Assembly (NCBI GenBank): GCA_950097015.1
Contig: CATNEN010000001.1
Span: 7,440,001-7,504,000 of the forward strand
Source of the DNA: Macrostomum hystrix
Taxonomy: Eukaryota; Animalia; Platyhelminthes
Length of the DNA: 64,000 bases
Direction: 5' to 3'
Below are positions 49,901 through 60,240 of this stretch, piece by piece (within the stretch, counting starts at the first letter, position 1; each line of letters opens with the position of its first letter). Both the position numbers and the translations under genes were made by a program. The notes beneath the pieces are model-generated. The model made no database searches, was not told the origin of the DNA, and was given only the letters and a program-made list of their open reading frames with translations.

Positions 49901-52900
49901 AGATGAGGAAGATGGATTAGGAAGATGTATTAGAAAGATGTATTAGAAAGATGGATTAGAAAGATGGATTTGAAAGATGGATTAGGAAGATGGATTAGGA
50001 CGATGGATTTGCGATATGGATTAGGAAGATGGATTAGGATAGATGAGGAAGATGGATTAGGAAGATGAATTTGGGATATGGATTAGGAAGATGGATTAGT
50101 ATGGATTAGGAAGATAAATTAGGATGGATTAGGAAGATAGATTAGGAAGATGGATTAGGAAGATGGATTAGGAAGATGGATTTTAAATATGATGAGGAAA
50201 ATGGATTTGAAAGATGGATTTGGAAGATGGATTAGATAAGAGGTGTAGAGAAAAAATGCACTCAAGAAACGCCAAGTGCTAGAATGACAGCTCAAAGTAA
50301 AAGTACATCATAGCTGCTAGCCTAGTCATTAAGTGAGGCATGGAAGACTAGGCAGATCACAGAGGCAGCAGTGCATGTGACACGCAGCCGGCAAATATGC
50401 CTTGAAGTACGAGTATGGCGGGCCCTTTGTCAAACAGACTAACACAAGCAAAAAATTGAAAATTTTTGAGTGCAGGAAAACGGAACAGTAGAGGCATGTA
50501 GAAATTAGTGCGCCACCGTGAACTGCTTCTGGAGTGACCTAGAAAATGAGACTCACTTAGAAAGTGCCGTGTCAATGTCTCCATGGCTACCGCTGAGACT
50601 CGATGATCGAGCATCAGTTCCAACAGTGCCGGCAGATTTGGGTCGATGCTGTTTGCCGCATTGGTGCAGATTCTCAGCTGACACTGCTGCCTGACTGTGC
50701 AGACTGCGGCTGTGGCTGAAGCTGCGATGCCCCGCATGACTTGAGGCCAGCTGGCGTCGGCGAATGTTCTGTCCGGAGGTGGCGCTGGCACTCTTCACGT
50801 TGCGAATGTAGTGAAGCGACCTGAGGATATTTGGTGAGACTCCGTGCTAGAAGATGGCTTACAACCAGCTTGTAGAGAACCCAATGAGAATTCCGAGTAA
50901 TGCAGAGCTAATTGCAGAAGGGCCGCAGGCAATGGCATATCATTTGGTGACACTAGATCTGCAGACAGCGAGGAGGCAATTCTGCCCATTTCGCTGACTC
51001 CTGAGCACACAGGCACTTAGAAACCGTACGCAGGCATACACTCACACAGCTGTGTACATCTTGCCTAGCTTACTCATCGTCAGGCAGTGTACACTCTCAC
51101 TGTGCCTTGGAGGTTGGCCCTAAAGGGTGTAAACTGCATGTCAAGCCTTCGCTCAGCGCCTCGCCTCGCCTTGGAATCGAGCTCAGGGAACTTCGTGCGA
51201 GAGGCAACCGCGTTAGATCGCTCTGCCACACATCCCCCTCTATGCAGAGCTAAGTGCCTTGCTAAAGTACACAAATAGTTCCAGTGGAGTTTTGAAACGA
51301 ATCCCAGACGTCCAAGTCTCGCTGAATTTCTCGAAAATGTTGACGTCTGACGGTTTCAAAGTTTGTTAGACTTTCAAGAAAATCGATCATTCGCTTTGGG
51401 AGGAATCGTTAAATAGGAAGTGGGTTTTTTATAATCCGTGGTCTTTCTACTGTTAAAAGTGCATATTAAAACGTATGGCCTAACTGCGTATGTGTACACA
51501 CGTGCGTTAAGTGGGTGCTTTGAGAATTAGATGAAGCGTCTACATTGTGAACGGGGTGTACATCTAGGCCAGTCTCACCCAGCCAATCCGCTGTCGGCGC
51601 CGGCGCTTCTCTCCAATTCGCTCATGAGGCTCAGCTCGTAGGGCGGCGGCGGCGCCCCCGGACTGGCAGCGGCGCCATTGGGAGCGCGCTCGCCGCCGCC
51701 TCCGCTGCCGGCACCTTGGGACTGACCATTTGGAACCTGCAGCAGGTGATGATTAGTTGGCAATGAGTCAACTGTCGAGGCCACTGTGACCGCGGCGGAT
51801 GAAGCTCGTTGAATCGCCGATTTTAGACGACGCCGCAGGGAGGCCGCCTCCTGCTGCGACCGGTCCAGCAGGGCGATGCACTCGTCGTAACGATCGTGAA
51901 GGCAGGCCAGCTCGGAGGTCAGGGCGCGCTGAGTCAGTTGGGTCTCCTTCAGGCGACTTTCCTGCATGTCCCGCTCCATGGATACCTGTGAGGATAGGCA
52001 ATGAATGGTAGGTAGGCCTATTGGTACGAAACTTTAGTTTCCCCGATAGGGCCGGTCCTACGAATCGAGGGTCGGGGGTTCGATTCCCGACTCCAGTGGA
52101 ACCATTTTTAGCCTTTAGCAAGACACTTTACAATTAACTTTCGCGGCGCATCTGAAAGCGTCGTAAGACTGTTCAGTCCATGGACTGGGGTGACGCCACA
52201 CCCACCCTCATTACCCCAGCTGATGCTGGTACCCATTCAACAGCTGGGTGAACTGAAGCATTGCAGAGTCAAGTGCCTTGCTCCCCAAATGAAAAGTTTT
52301 TCAGTGGAGTTGTGAATCGAACACCCGACCTTCAAGTCATGGTCCAACGCTCTAACCTCAAGGCGACAACCTCCTATAGATTGAACAGCTGTACTAAGCC
52401 TTCAGATGCGCTGCGTAATGGTTGCGTCTGTGCTGTCGGCTGCATATCTGACCCTTTTAATCAGTGGGCGAGTGGGTCAGCGGCTAGCGTCGCTGCCTCG
52501 CACTCCAATGGACGCTAGTTCGAATCTCCCTTCAAGTCACGATTAATTTCGGGACTTGTTGGGAGGTTTGGACAGTAGCGACCGGCGGAGGTGCACCATA
52601 TTTCGTGCAATCAAAGCTTGAAATAATAGCTTCGCTCCTACCTTCTGTGTGCCTGTTCTGCGTTGCGTGAGTTGTGTGCGTTGGCGCTGGGGCGTGAGAC
52701 CTTGCGGGGGGGGTGGCTGGAGGGCGGGTGTACACCGCCGCGCGCTTTCTGGACTTCTGTCAGCGCGATTGGATAAGTGTACACTCATCACCCGGCCCCC
52801 CCCTGAGGACTGATTTCTTATCAGCCTTCCGGCCCCGGCTTGGTCTGCTATGTGCGTGTGGGGCTGGGGTGGGGGACACTGCTGCCTATTCTGGGTGCCT

Positions 52901-55900
52901 CCTGCCCTCTCCGGCTGGTCTGTGCTGCTGTGTGTGGTGCCTGCTCAGGGGAGGCGGCGCGATGGGTGCTAAGCGCCTAGTTCGCCGGTCTGGGGGCGTG
53001 CCGCTCCGTCGCTTGTGCGACAAGTGCCCCGGGCCCCCCTGCAAATAGATAGAGAGACCCTTTTAATCCAACTGAAAAATAGATACCAGTACGTCGTATG
53101 GGGGTGACTTGCAGAACGGTCTGACGCGTTTCCCTCTCGCACCAAGTTCCCCGAGCTCGATTCCACTCTAAATGATGTGACACAATCACGTGAAAGAGTA
53201 GAAAGAGAAGTTGTTAGTCAAGCATCAGAGGACTCACTCGTTTGACCTTACTCTCCAAGCCCACATTCCTAGCCAGGAGCTGTGTGATCTCAGCCTGCTG
53301 GCTCATGTACATCTCGGTACGCTGTGTCAAATTGTCTGCCATGCCTTTAATGTGCAAATTCGATTCGGCCAATTGTCGCACGCAGTCCTTCACTAGGACT
53401 GTCTCCCTCTGATCCATCTCCTGTCCCCAGCGGTGCCTGTCGTTGGCGGCGTTTGCCGCAGCCGCAGCCCGCAGCTCGGAGTTCTCAGCCTCCAGTTGGT
53501 GCAGTTTTCGTTCCAGACTGGCTAACTGAAGACTAGTGGAGCTTTCCACCGAGAAGCTGCGGGTTTTTTGTTGAAAATTTCAATCATCAAAAAATGCTAT
53601 TTTTAGAAGCATAGTCAAGCCTCTAAATAAAAAACTGGTACTTTAAACGAAATTGAAAATCTATTTTACCGCAAATAAACTAATAAAAAACACTCACACT
53701 CCAACCTGCAAAAACATTGTCCTTATAACCGCGGTTGAAAACGTACTTTCGATACCAATTATTAGCGTAGATTCAAAACCTTTTGAAATTTATATTCTAG
53801 CTTTCAATGAAAATAATAATAATATTAATAATAATTGCAGCAGGGTTGCAGACAATGGCACATCATTTGGTGACACGAGACCCGCGGCCAGCGAGGAGGC
53901 AATTCTGCACATTTTGCTGACTCCTGAGCACACACTCACACAGGATGTACATCTGCCCTGACTTTCTCATCGTCAGGCAGTGTACACTGTCCCTATGCCT
54001 TGGAGGTTGGCCCTCAAGGGCGTAAATTGCCTGACGTACAGTCAAGACATGTTCTTTTAAATCCTTTGGAAACGTGATTTTATTAAATAGTTATATTAAT
54101 GACGCGGCAATGTCATACTGTATTAATTATAATTCGCCCCAAATTTAAATAAGATTATCTAGGCAGAAAATCTGCCCAATTATGGGTTAATCCGGAACTC
54201 GAAGCGAAAACTCAATTATCGAAAATCGCGTGCGCATAAATGTTTCGTTTAAAAAATCTCGAAAGAACGAATGAAAAATTGTAAAAGTACAACGGGAAAT
54301 GCGCACTACCTAGTCGAATACCTAAGAAGGAAGTTGATCAGATCGATTAATACAGGTAGGGCGACTCACGGTGAGAAACTGGCTATATGTATCTACTTGA
54401 GCACAAATATTAGCTGTAACTTGAGTTGGAACTCAAGATAGGGAAAAATAATGAAACACTAGATCTTAGCATACATTTGGACTAGACATGAGGTCAGGGA
54501 TTAGAGATTCTCGTATAGACTAGATCAGAATGAAATAGTCATTCTGAGGAGGTTGTAGCCTAGTGGTTAGAGCGTTGGACTCAAGACTAGAAGGTCAGGG
54601 GTTCGATTCCCGACTCCATTGGAAAATGTGAGCCCTCAAGCAACACACTTCACTCTGCATTACTTCAGTTCACCCAGTTTAACTAAGAATCTCATTGAGA
54701 CTAGATCCCAAACCAACAGAGAATCTCATTGAGACTAGATCTTAACCAAACTGAGAATGGATCCCTAATGGATCCCTAGAGACTAGATCCCTAACTGACA
54801 ATCTCATAGAGACTAGATCCCAAACTAACAGAGAATCTCATTGAGACTAGATCCCAACCTAACAGAGAATCTCATTGAGACTAGATCCCAACCTAACAGA
54901 GAATCTCATTGAGACTAGATCTTAACCAAACTGACCATCTCATAGAGGCTAGATCCCTAACTGACCATCTGATAGAGACTCGATCCCTAACTGACAATCT
55001 CATTGAGACTAGATCTTAACCAAACTGACCATCTCATAGAGGCTAGATCCCTAACTGACCATCTGATAGAGACTCGATCCCTAACTGACAATCTCATTGA
55101 GACTAGATCTTAACCAAACTGACCATCTCATAGAGGCTAGATCCCTAACTGACCATCTGATAGAGACTCGATCCCTAACTGACAATCTCATAGAGACTAG
55201 ATCCCTAACTGACAATCTCATAGAGACTAGATCCCTAACTGAAAATCTCATAGAGACTAGATCCCAACCTAACTGAAAATCTCATAGAGACTAGATCCCT
55301 AACTGACAATCTCATAGAGACTAGATCCCTAACTGACAATCTCATAGAGACTAGATCCCTAACTGACAATCTCATAGAGACTAGATCCCTAACTGACAAT
55401 CTCATAGAGACTAGATCCCTAACTGACAATCTCATAGAGACTAGATCCCTAACTGACAATCTCATAGAGACTAGATCCCTAACTGACAATCTCATAGAGA
55501 CTAGATCCCTAACTGAAAATCTCATAGAGACTAGATCCCTAACTGACAATCTCACAGAGACTAGATCCCTAACTGACAATCTCATAGAGACTAGATCCCT
55601 AACTGACAATCTCATAAAGACTAGATCCCTAACTGACAATCTCATAGAGACTAGATCCCTAACTGACAATCTCATAGAGACTAGATCCCTAACTGACAAT
55701 CTCATAGAGACTAGATCCCTAACTGACAATCTCATAGTGACTTGATCCAAACAGACAATCTCAAAGAGACGAAAATACAAAGGGAAAGGTCTATTTTAGT
55801 ACACTAAATAATTGATTAAGCTAGAAAACTCACCTTCTGGAAGCAGCCTGTTTAGCCTGCTGTTGTCTGTCCTCGTTCATGGCGTAGATGACCAGTAGCT

Positions 55901-58543
55901 CCTCCTTCATGCTCAACTCGTGTCTGAGTTGGGCAGCCTGAGTGCAAAAATGTAACAACCTTAGTGAATTGGATTAGAAAAGTACAGACGAAATTACTCT
56001 ACCTGACTTTAAGATAATAACTATGACTTATCCACGAACAATCATACCGAACTTATAACGATGGGACTGAGATTATGACCAACTGAATGACGATGAGAAT
56101 GGGATAATGACCAGCTGAACGACGATGAGAATGGGATAATGACCAACTGAATAACGATGAGAATGGGATAATGACCAACTGAATGACGATCATGATGGGA
56201 TAATGACCAACTGAATGACTGTGGGACTAGGATATGACCAGCTGAATGACGATGAGAATGGGATAAAGACCAGCTGAATGACGATCATAATGGGATAATG
56301 ACCAACTGAATGACTGTGGGACTAGGATAATGACCAACTGAATGACGAAAAGAATGGGATAATGACCAGCTGAATGACGATCAGAATGGGATAATGACCA
56401 GCTGAATGACGATCAGAATGGGATAATGACCAGCTGAATGACGATCAGAATGGGATAATGACCAACTGAATGACTGTGGGACTAGGATAATGACCAACTG
56501 AATGACGATGACGATGAGAATGAGATGATGACAAAATGAATGACTGTGATAGAGTGATAATGACCAAGATAAATTCATAAAATTCTGTCATTAATTACCG
56601 CATCCTTCTCATTGGCCAGCAACCGTTCGAGGCTGTCGCATCGAGATTCCAAATCTCGATTTCTATCCAACAGATCTTTGCCAAGGCTGGCAGCAAGAGC
56701 CAGCTCTTTGTCGCGCTGTGAAATATTTTAATATTAATTTAAATATTTTCCGATTGAAGTGCTTGCAGAGCTTGTATACATGGATCTATTTTAGACATAG
56801 GTAAAATGGATATTTTTGGATATATTTGTTAGGAATATATTTGTCTACTCCTGTGTGCCAGGTGCCTGCCAGTGTGCCTGCGTACAGTATCTGTGTGCGT
56901 GTGTGCTCAGGAGCCAGCGGAATGGGCAGAATTGCCTCCTCGCTGGCTGATTGGTCTAGTGTCACTAAAGGGTGTGCCGTTGCCCGCAGCCCTCCTGCAA
57001 TTATTACTATAATTATTTATTATAGCTTATACTGTACACAATTTCGGATGTGCTTTCGACGGTCTATATCAGGGGTCGGCAAACGTATTAGCTGGCGGGC
57101 CAAAGAGAGAATCTAAAAGACGACGGCGGGCCGCTTTGATAATAGAAATATGATATAAGGGCGAGATGAGACACGGGATAGATGAGACACGGGAGAGATG
57201 AGACACAGGAGAGATGAGACACGGGAGAGATGAGACACGGGAGAGATGAGACACGGGAGAGATGAGACACGGGAGAGATGAGACCCGGGAGAGATGAGAC
57301 ACGGGAGAGATGAGACACGGGAGAGATGAGATACGGGAGAGATGAGACACGGGAGAGATGAGACACGGGAGAGATGAGACACGGGAGAGATGAGACACGG
57401 GAGAGATGAGACACGGGAGAGATGAGACACGGGATAGATGAGACACGGGAGAGATGAGACACGGGAGAGATGAGACACGGGATAGATGAGACACGGGATA
57501 GATGAGACACGGGAGAGATGAGACCCGGGAGAGATGAGACACGGGAGAGATGAGACACGGGAGAGATGAGACACGGGAGAGATGAGACACGGGAGAGATG
57601 AGACACGGGAGAGATGAGACACGGGAGAGATGAGACACGGGAGAGATGAGACACAGGAGAGATGAGAAACGGGAGAGATGAGACACGGGATAGATGAGAC
57701 ACGGGAGAGATGAGACACGGGAGAGATGAGACACGGGAGAGATGAGACACGGGAGACATGAGACACGGGAGAGATGAGACACAGGAGAGATGAGAAACGG
57801 GAGAGATGAGACACGGGATAGATGAGACACGGGAGAGATGAGACACGGGAGAGATGAGACACGGGAGAGATGAGACACGGGAGAGATGAGACACGGGAGA
57901 GATGAGACACGGGAGAGATGAGACACGGGAGAGATGAGACACGGGAGAGATGAGACACAGGAGAGATGAGAAACGGGAGAGATGAGACACGGGATAGATG
58001 AGAAACGGGATAGATGAGACACGGGAGAGATGAGACACGGGATAGATGAGACACGGGATAGATGAGACACGGGAGAGATGAGACACGGGAGAGATGAGAC
58101 ACGGGATAGATGAGACACGGGAGAGATGAGACACGGGAGAGATGAGACACGGGAGAGATGAGACACGGGAGAGATGAGACACGGGATAGATGAGACACGG
58201 GAGAGATGAGACACGGGAGAGATGAGACACGGGAGAGATGAGACACGGGAGAGATGAGACATGGGAGAGATGAGACACGGGAGAGATGAGACACGGGAGA
58301 GATGAGACACGGGAGAGATGAGACACGGGAGAGATGAGACACGGGAGAGATGAGACAGGATACTATAGGTGTTGGAAGGAGCAACGGGCCGGATTTGGGA
58401 GCTTCGATGGCCGCATCTGGCCCGCGGGCTGTAGCAGGAGTAACTATTTATAAAGATTAAATATCGATTGTCCAAAAACATTTTTTAACAAATCAAGCAC
58501 TTACCTGGTCTAAAAGTTGCTTTAAAGCATTGATGTCACTCAT
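43933..58543 (-). CDS. TRAK: Trafficking kinesin-binding protein (TRAK/Milton; HAP1_N coiled coil plus Milton domain)
   Basis: Phase-consistent GT-AG exons (minus): 58543-58505, 56715-56599, 55937-55834, 53556-53238, 51985-51579, 50820-50557, [optional 49305-49296, 49045-48992, 46144-45879], 45765-45463, 45319-44934, 44856-44748, 44449-43933. Motifs DINALKQLLDQRDKELALAASLGKDLL, QLRHELSMKEELL, LERKLHQLEAENSELR, QRALTSELACLHDRYDEC, LQLVKPLSGSSTLAQWRRLATP. Confidence 0.88.
46500..47262. repeat. GA-rich low-complexity repeat (GAGAGGAGAGAT-type)
   Basis: Direct. Confidence 0.95.
47888..48888. repeat. 16-bp tandem repeat (~62 copies)
   Basis: Unit gggatctgaatgagtt. Confidence 0.98.
49365..50240. 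repeat. 13/25-bp degenerate repeat (gatggattaggaa)
   Basis: Direct. Confidence 0.93.
50912..51241 (-). mobile_element. SINE family B inserted into a SINE A remnant
   Basis: 12-bp TSD atgcagagctaa (50900-11 / 51242-53); SINE A sequence resumes at 51242-51320. Confidence 0.85.
52065..52455. mobile_element. Cluster of SINE A pieces in both orientations (+ head, - body, + tail)
   Basis: Matches to the family A consensus at 52065-52140 (+), 52143-52372 (-) and 52380-52455 (+). Confidence 0.8.
52463..53055 (+). mobile_element. SINE family C: 593-bp GC-rich tRNA-derived retroposon
   Basis: Head gtgggtcagcgg...ctcgcac...agttcgaatct; 13-bp TSD gacccttttaatc (52450-62 / 53056-68); ATAG tail. Confidence 0.85.
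53812..54035 (-). mobile_element. SINE family B, 5'-truncated
   Basis: 3' domain plus (ATT)n tail. Confidence 0.85.
54546..54680 (+). mobile_element. SINE family A, 3'-truncated
   Basis: tRNA head plus CORE-like part, running directly into the tandem array. Confidence 0.85.
54685..55770. repeat. ~30-bp tandem repeat, diverged at the 5' end and homogeneous at the 3' end
   Basis: Unit ctcatagagactagatccctaactgacaat. Confidence 0.96.
56060..56570. repeat. ~32-bp degenerate tandem repeat
   Basis: Unit gggataatgaccagctgaatgacgatcagaat. Confidence 0.92.
56865..57025 (+). mobile_element. SINE family B, 3' part
   Basis: gtgctcaggagccagcggaatgggcagaattgcctcctcgctggc...cctcctgcaattattac. Confidence 0.8.
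57070..58435. mobile_element. hAT/Charlie-type MITE carrying a 16-bp minisatellite
   Basis: Left end CAGGGGTCGGCAAAC...GCGGGCCA; right subterminal GGGCCGGAT...GGCCCGCGGGCTGTAG; right TIR missing. Confidence 0.7.
57163..58357. repeat. 16-bp tandem repeat (~75 copies)
   Basis: Unit gggagagatgagacac. Confidence 0.98.
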
Positions 58544-59737
58544 TCGGCATTTATAATCAGGAATATTTTGACGACGTTACAATTTCAATCAACTGATAAG
58601 TTTCCGCAAGGCTTGTTTCTCGCAATTCGAGACGAAAACTGCTTCTAGCAGCAGATAGTTTCTGAAAGAAATAAGACGATTCAAAGTGGTACGAATGATT
58701 TAATAACGGGTACAAAGGCTACTCTTATACGAGTATGGTTGAGCTGCTATAAAAGTCAGCAATACTCGTAAATCAAACCTGATGCTCTATAGTTTTCTCA
58801 ACAATTTTATGCAGCCCTTAGTAAGCTAACCATTGGCTGCTCAACTGGCGAACTAAATAGTACTAGCTAGGTACGGGGAATAGGCTCTCTTGGGATTTGC
58901 TATGAATAATGGGAAGTTGCATGAGCACACACCCACACGCATGGGCACAATGAGCACACAAAAGAAGGTCTACAATATTAAAATGCCAGCCAACCCAAGC
59001 CGGTTCTGCTCAGATCCAACTGCTTTTGCCCCTTGCGTTTCTCTCCCTACCTCGCATTCTGCTTCTCCTCAATGCCTACCGCATTTTCCTTTCTCTGCCA
59101 AGGAGACGGGAGTGCTTAGCCGGCAACTTCCCCAACCAACTGCCTCAGTTTTCTACCTGTCTCGTTGCTAACCTTCCCGCGCCCCAAATCCAGCCCCAGC
59201 AACGGGAGGGGAAGGGAATCGATATTGTGTTCCCCCTTTTTTCCATTCTCTAGCTCTCCCTGTCTGTCTGTCTTCAGTGTAGAGTTAATTTTCTTCCTCA
59301 TTTACACAATTTTAGTCATCGCAGTCGTGTCTCAGTGTGTCTCTATCTACCTGGCGACTCAAAATTCTGGTCTCTAATAGCAACCAACAAAAATTTAGCG
59401 CACTCCTGATTGTTGTTAAACCAATTGCATTAGAAGCAGAATGTGTGGAAATTTTTGTACGTGTGGGTGGCATTTGAGCTGGTAGAAAAAAACAAATTTA
59501 CTCAGCTGTAGCTGGCTTGCACAATGCTACAGTCCTCTTCTCAACAATGGGCTGAGAAAATCGCTTCCAATACAAAAAACTGAATTGATCTAAGTTCATA
59601 ATCGTTAATGGTACGAAATTAATTAACTGGTCGCAATATTCATCTGAATTAGGAAGTCCAAATATTCTGTAAAAATATTAACATTACTTCTTTCAGTAAT
59701 GACCGAAATGACACCTGCACGGTCCATGGGTAACTGA

Positions 59738-60240
59738 AGGGTGAGTGGCAGAGGGCCAACCTCCAAGGCACAGTGAGAATGTACACTGCCTGACGATGAG
59801 AAAGTCAGGACAGATTATTGATTATACATACCTGCCCCAATTGGGTCAGATGTGCAGCCGACAGCACAGCCGCAGCTAATGCGCGGCGCATCTGAAGGCT
59901 GCGTACAGCTGTTCAGTCTATTGACTGGGGGGACGCCACACCCACCTTCAATTATCCCAGCTGATGCTGGTACCCATTTAACAGCTGGGTGAACTGAAGC
60001 AATGCAGAGTTAAGTGTCTTGCTAAAGGACACAAATTGTTCAGGGGAGTCGGGAATCGAACCCCCGACCTTCAAGTCGTGAGTCCGATGCAGGACAGATG
60101 TACACACCTGTGTGAGCGTGTGTGCCCAAGAGTCAGCGAAATGGGCAGAATGGCCTCCTCGCTGGCTGCGGGTCTAGTGTCACCAAATGATGTGCCATTG
60201 TCCGAGGTCCTCCTGCAAGTATTATAATTATTATTATGTT
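59738..60240 (+). mobile_element. SINE family B (internally deleted) interrupted by SINE A
   Basis: B sequence at 59738-59815 resumes at 60090. Confidence 0.88.
59816..60089 (-). mobile_element. SINE family A nested in SINE B
   Basis: 10-bp TSD caggacagat (59806-15 / 60090-99). Confidence 0.9.

Noticed and set aside
50539-50556. 18-nt GT-AG mini-intron in TRAK
   Set aside because: Far shorter than the shortest introns supported here (~77-98 nt)
58890-59385. Possible fourth solo LTR (TGCTAT...ATAGCA)
   Set aside because: No matching TSD and unclear boundaries
59788-59812. Hammerhead ribozyme in SINE B (CTGACGA-TGA-GAAA-GTC)
   Set aside because: Core-like words are present, but there is no room for stems II and III; the sequence is better explained as a simple cctgac/gtcagg hairpin
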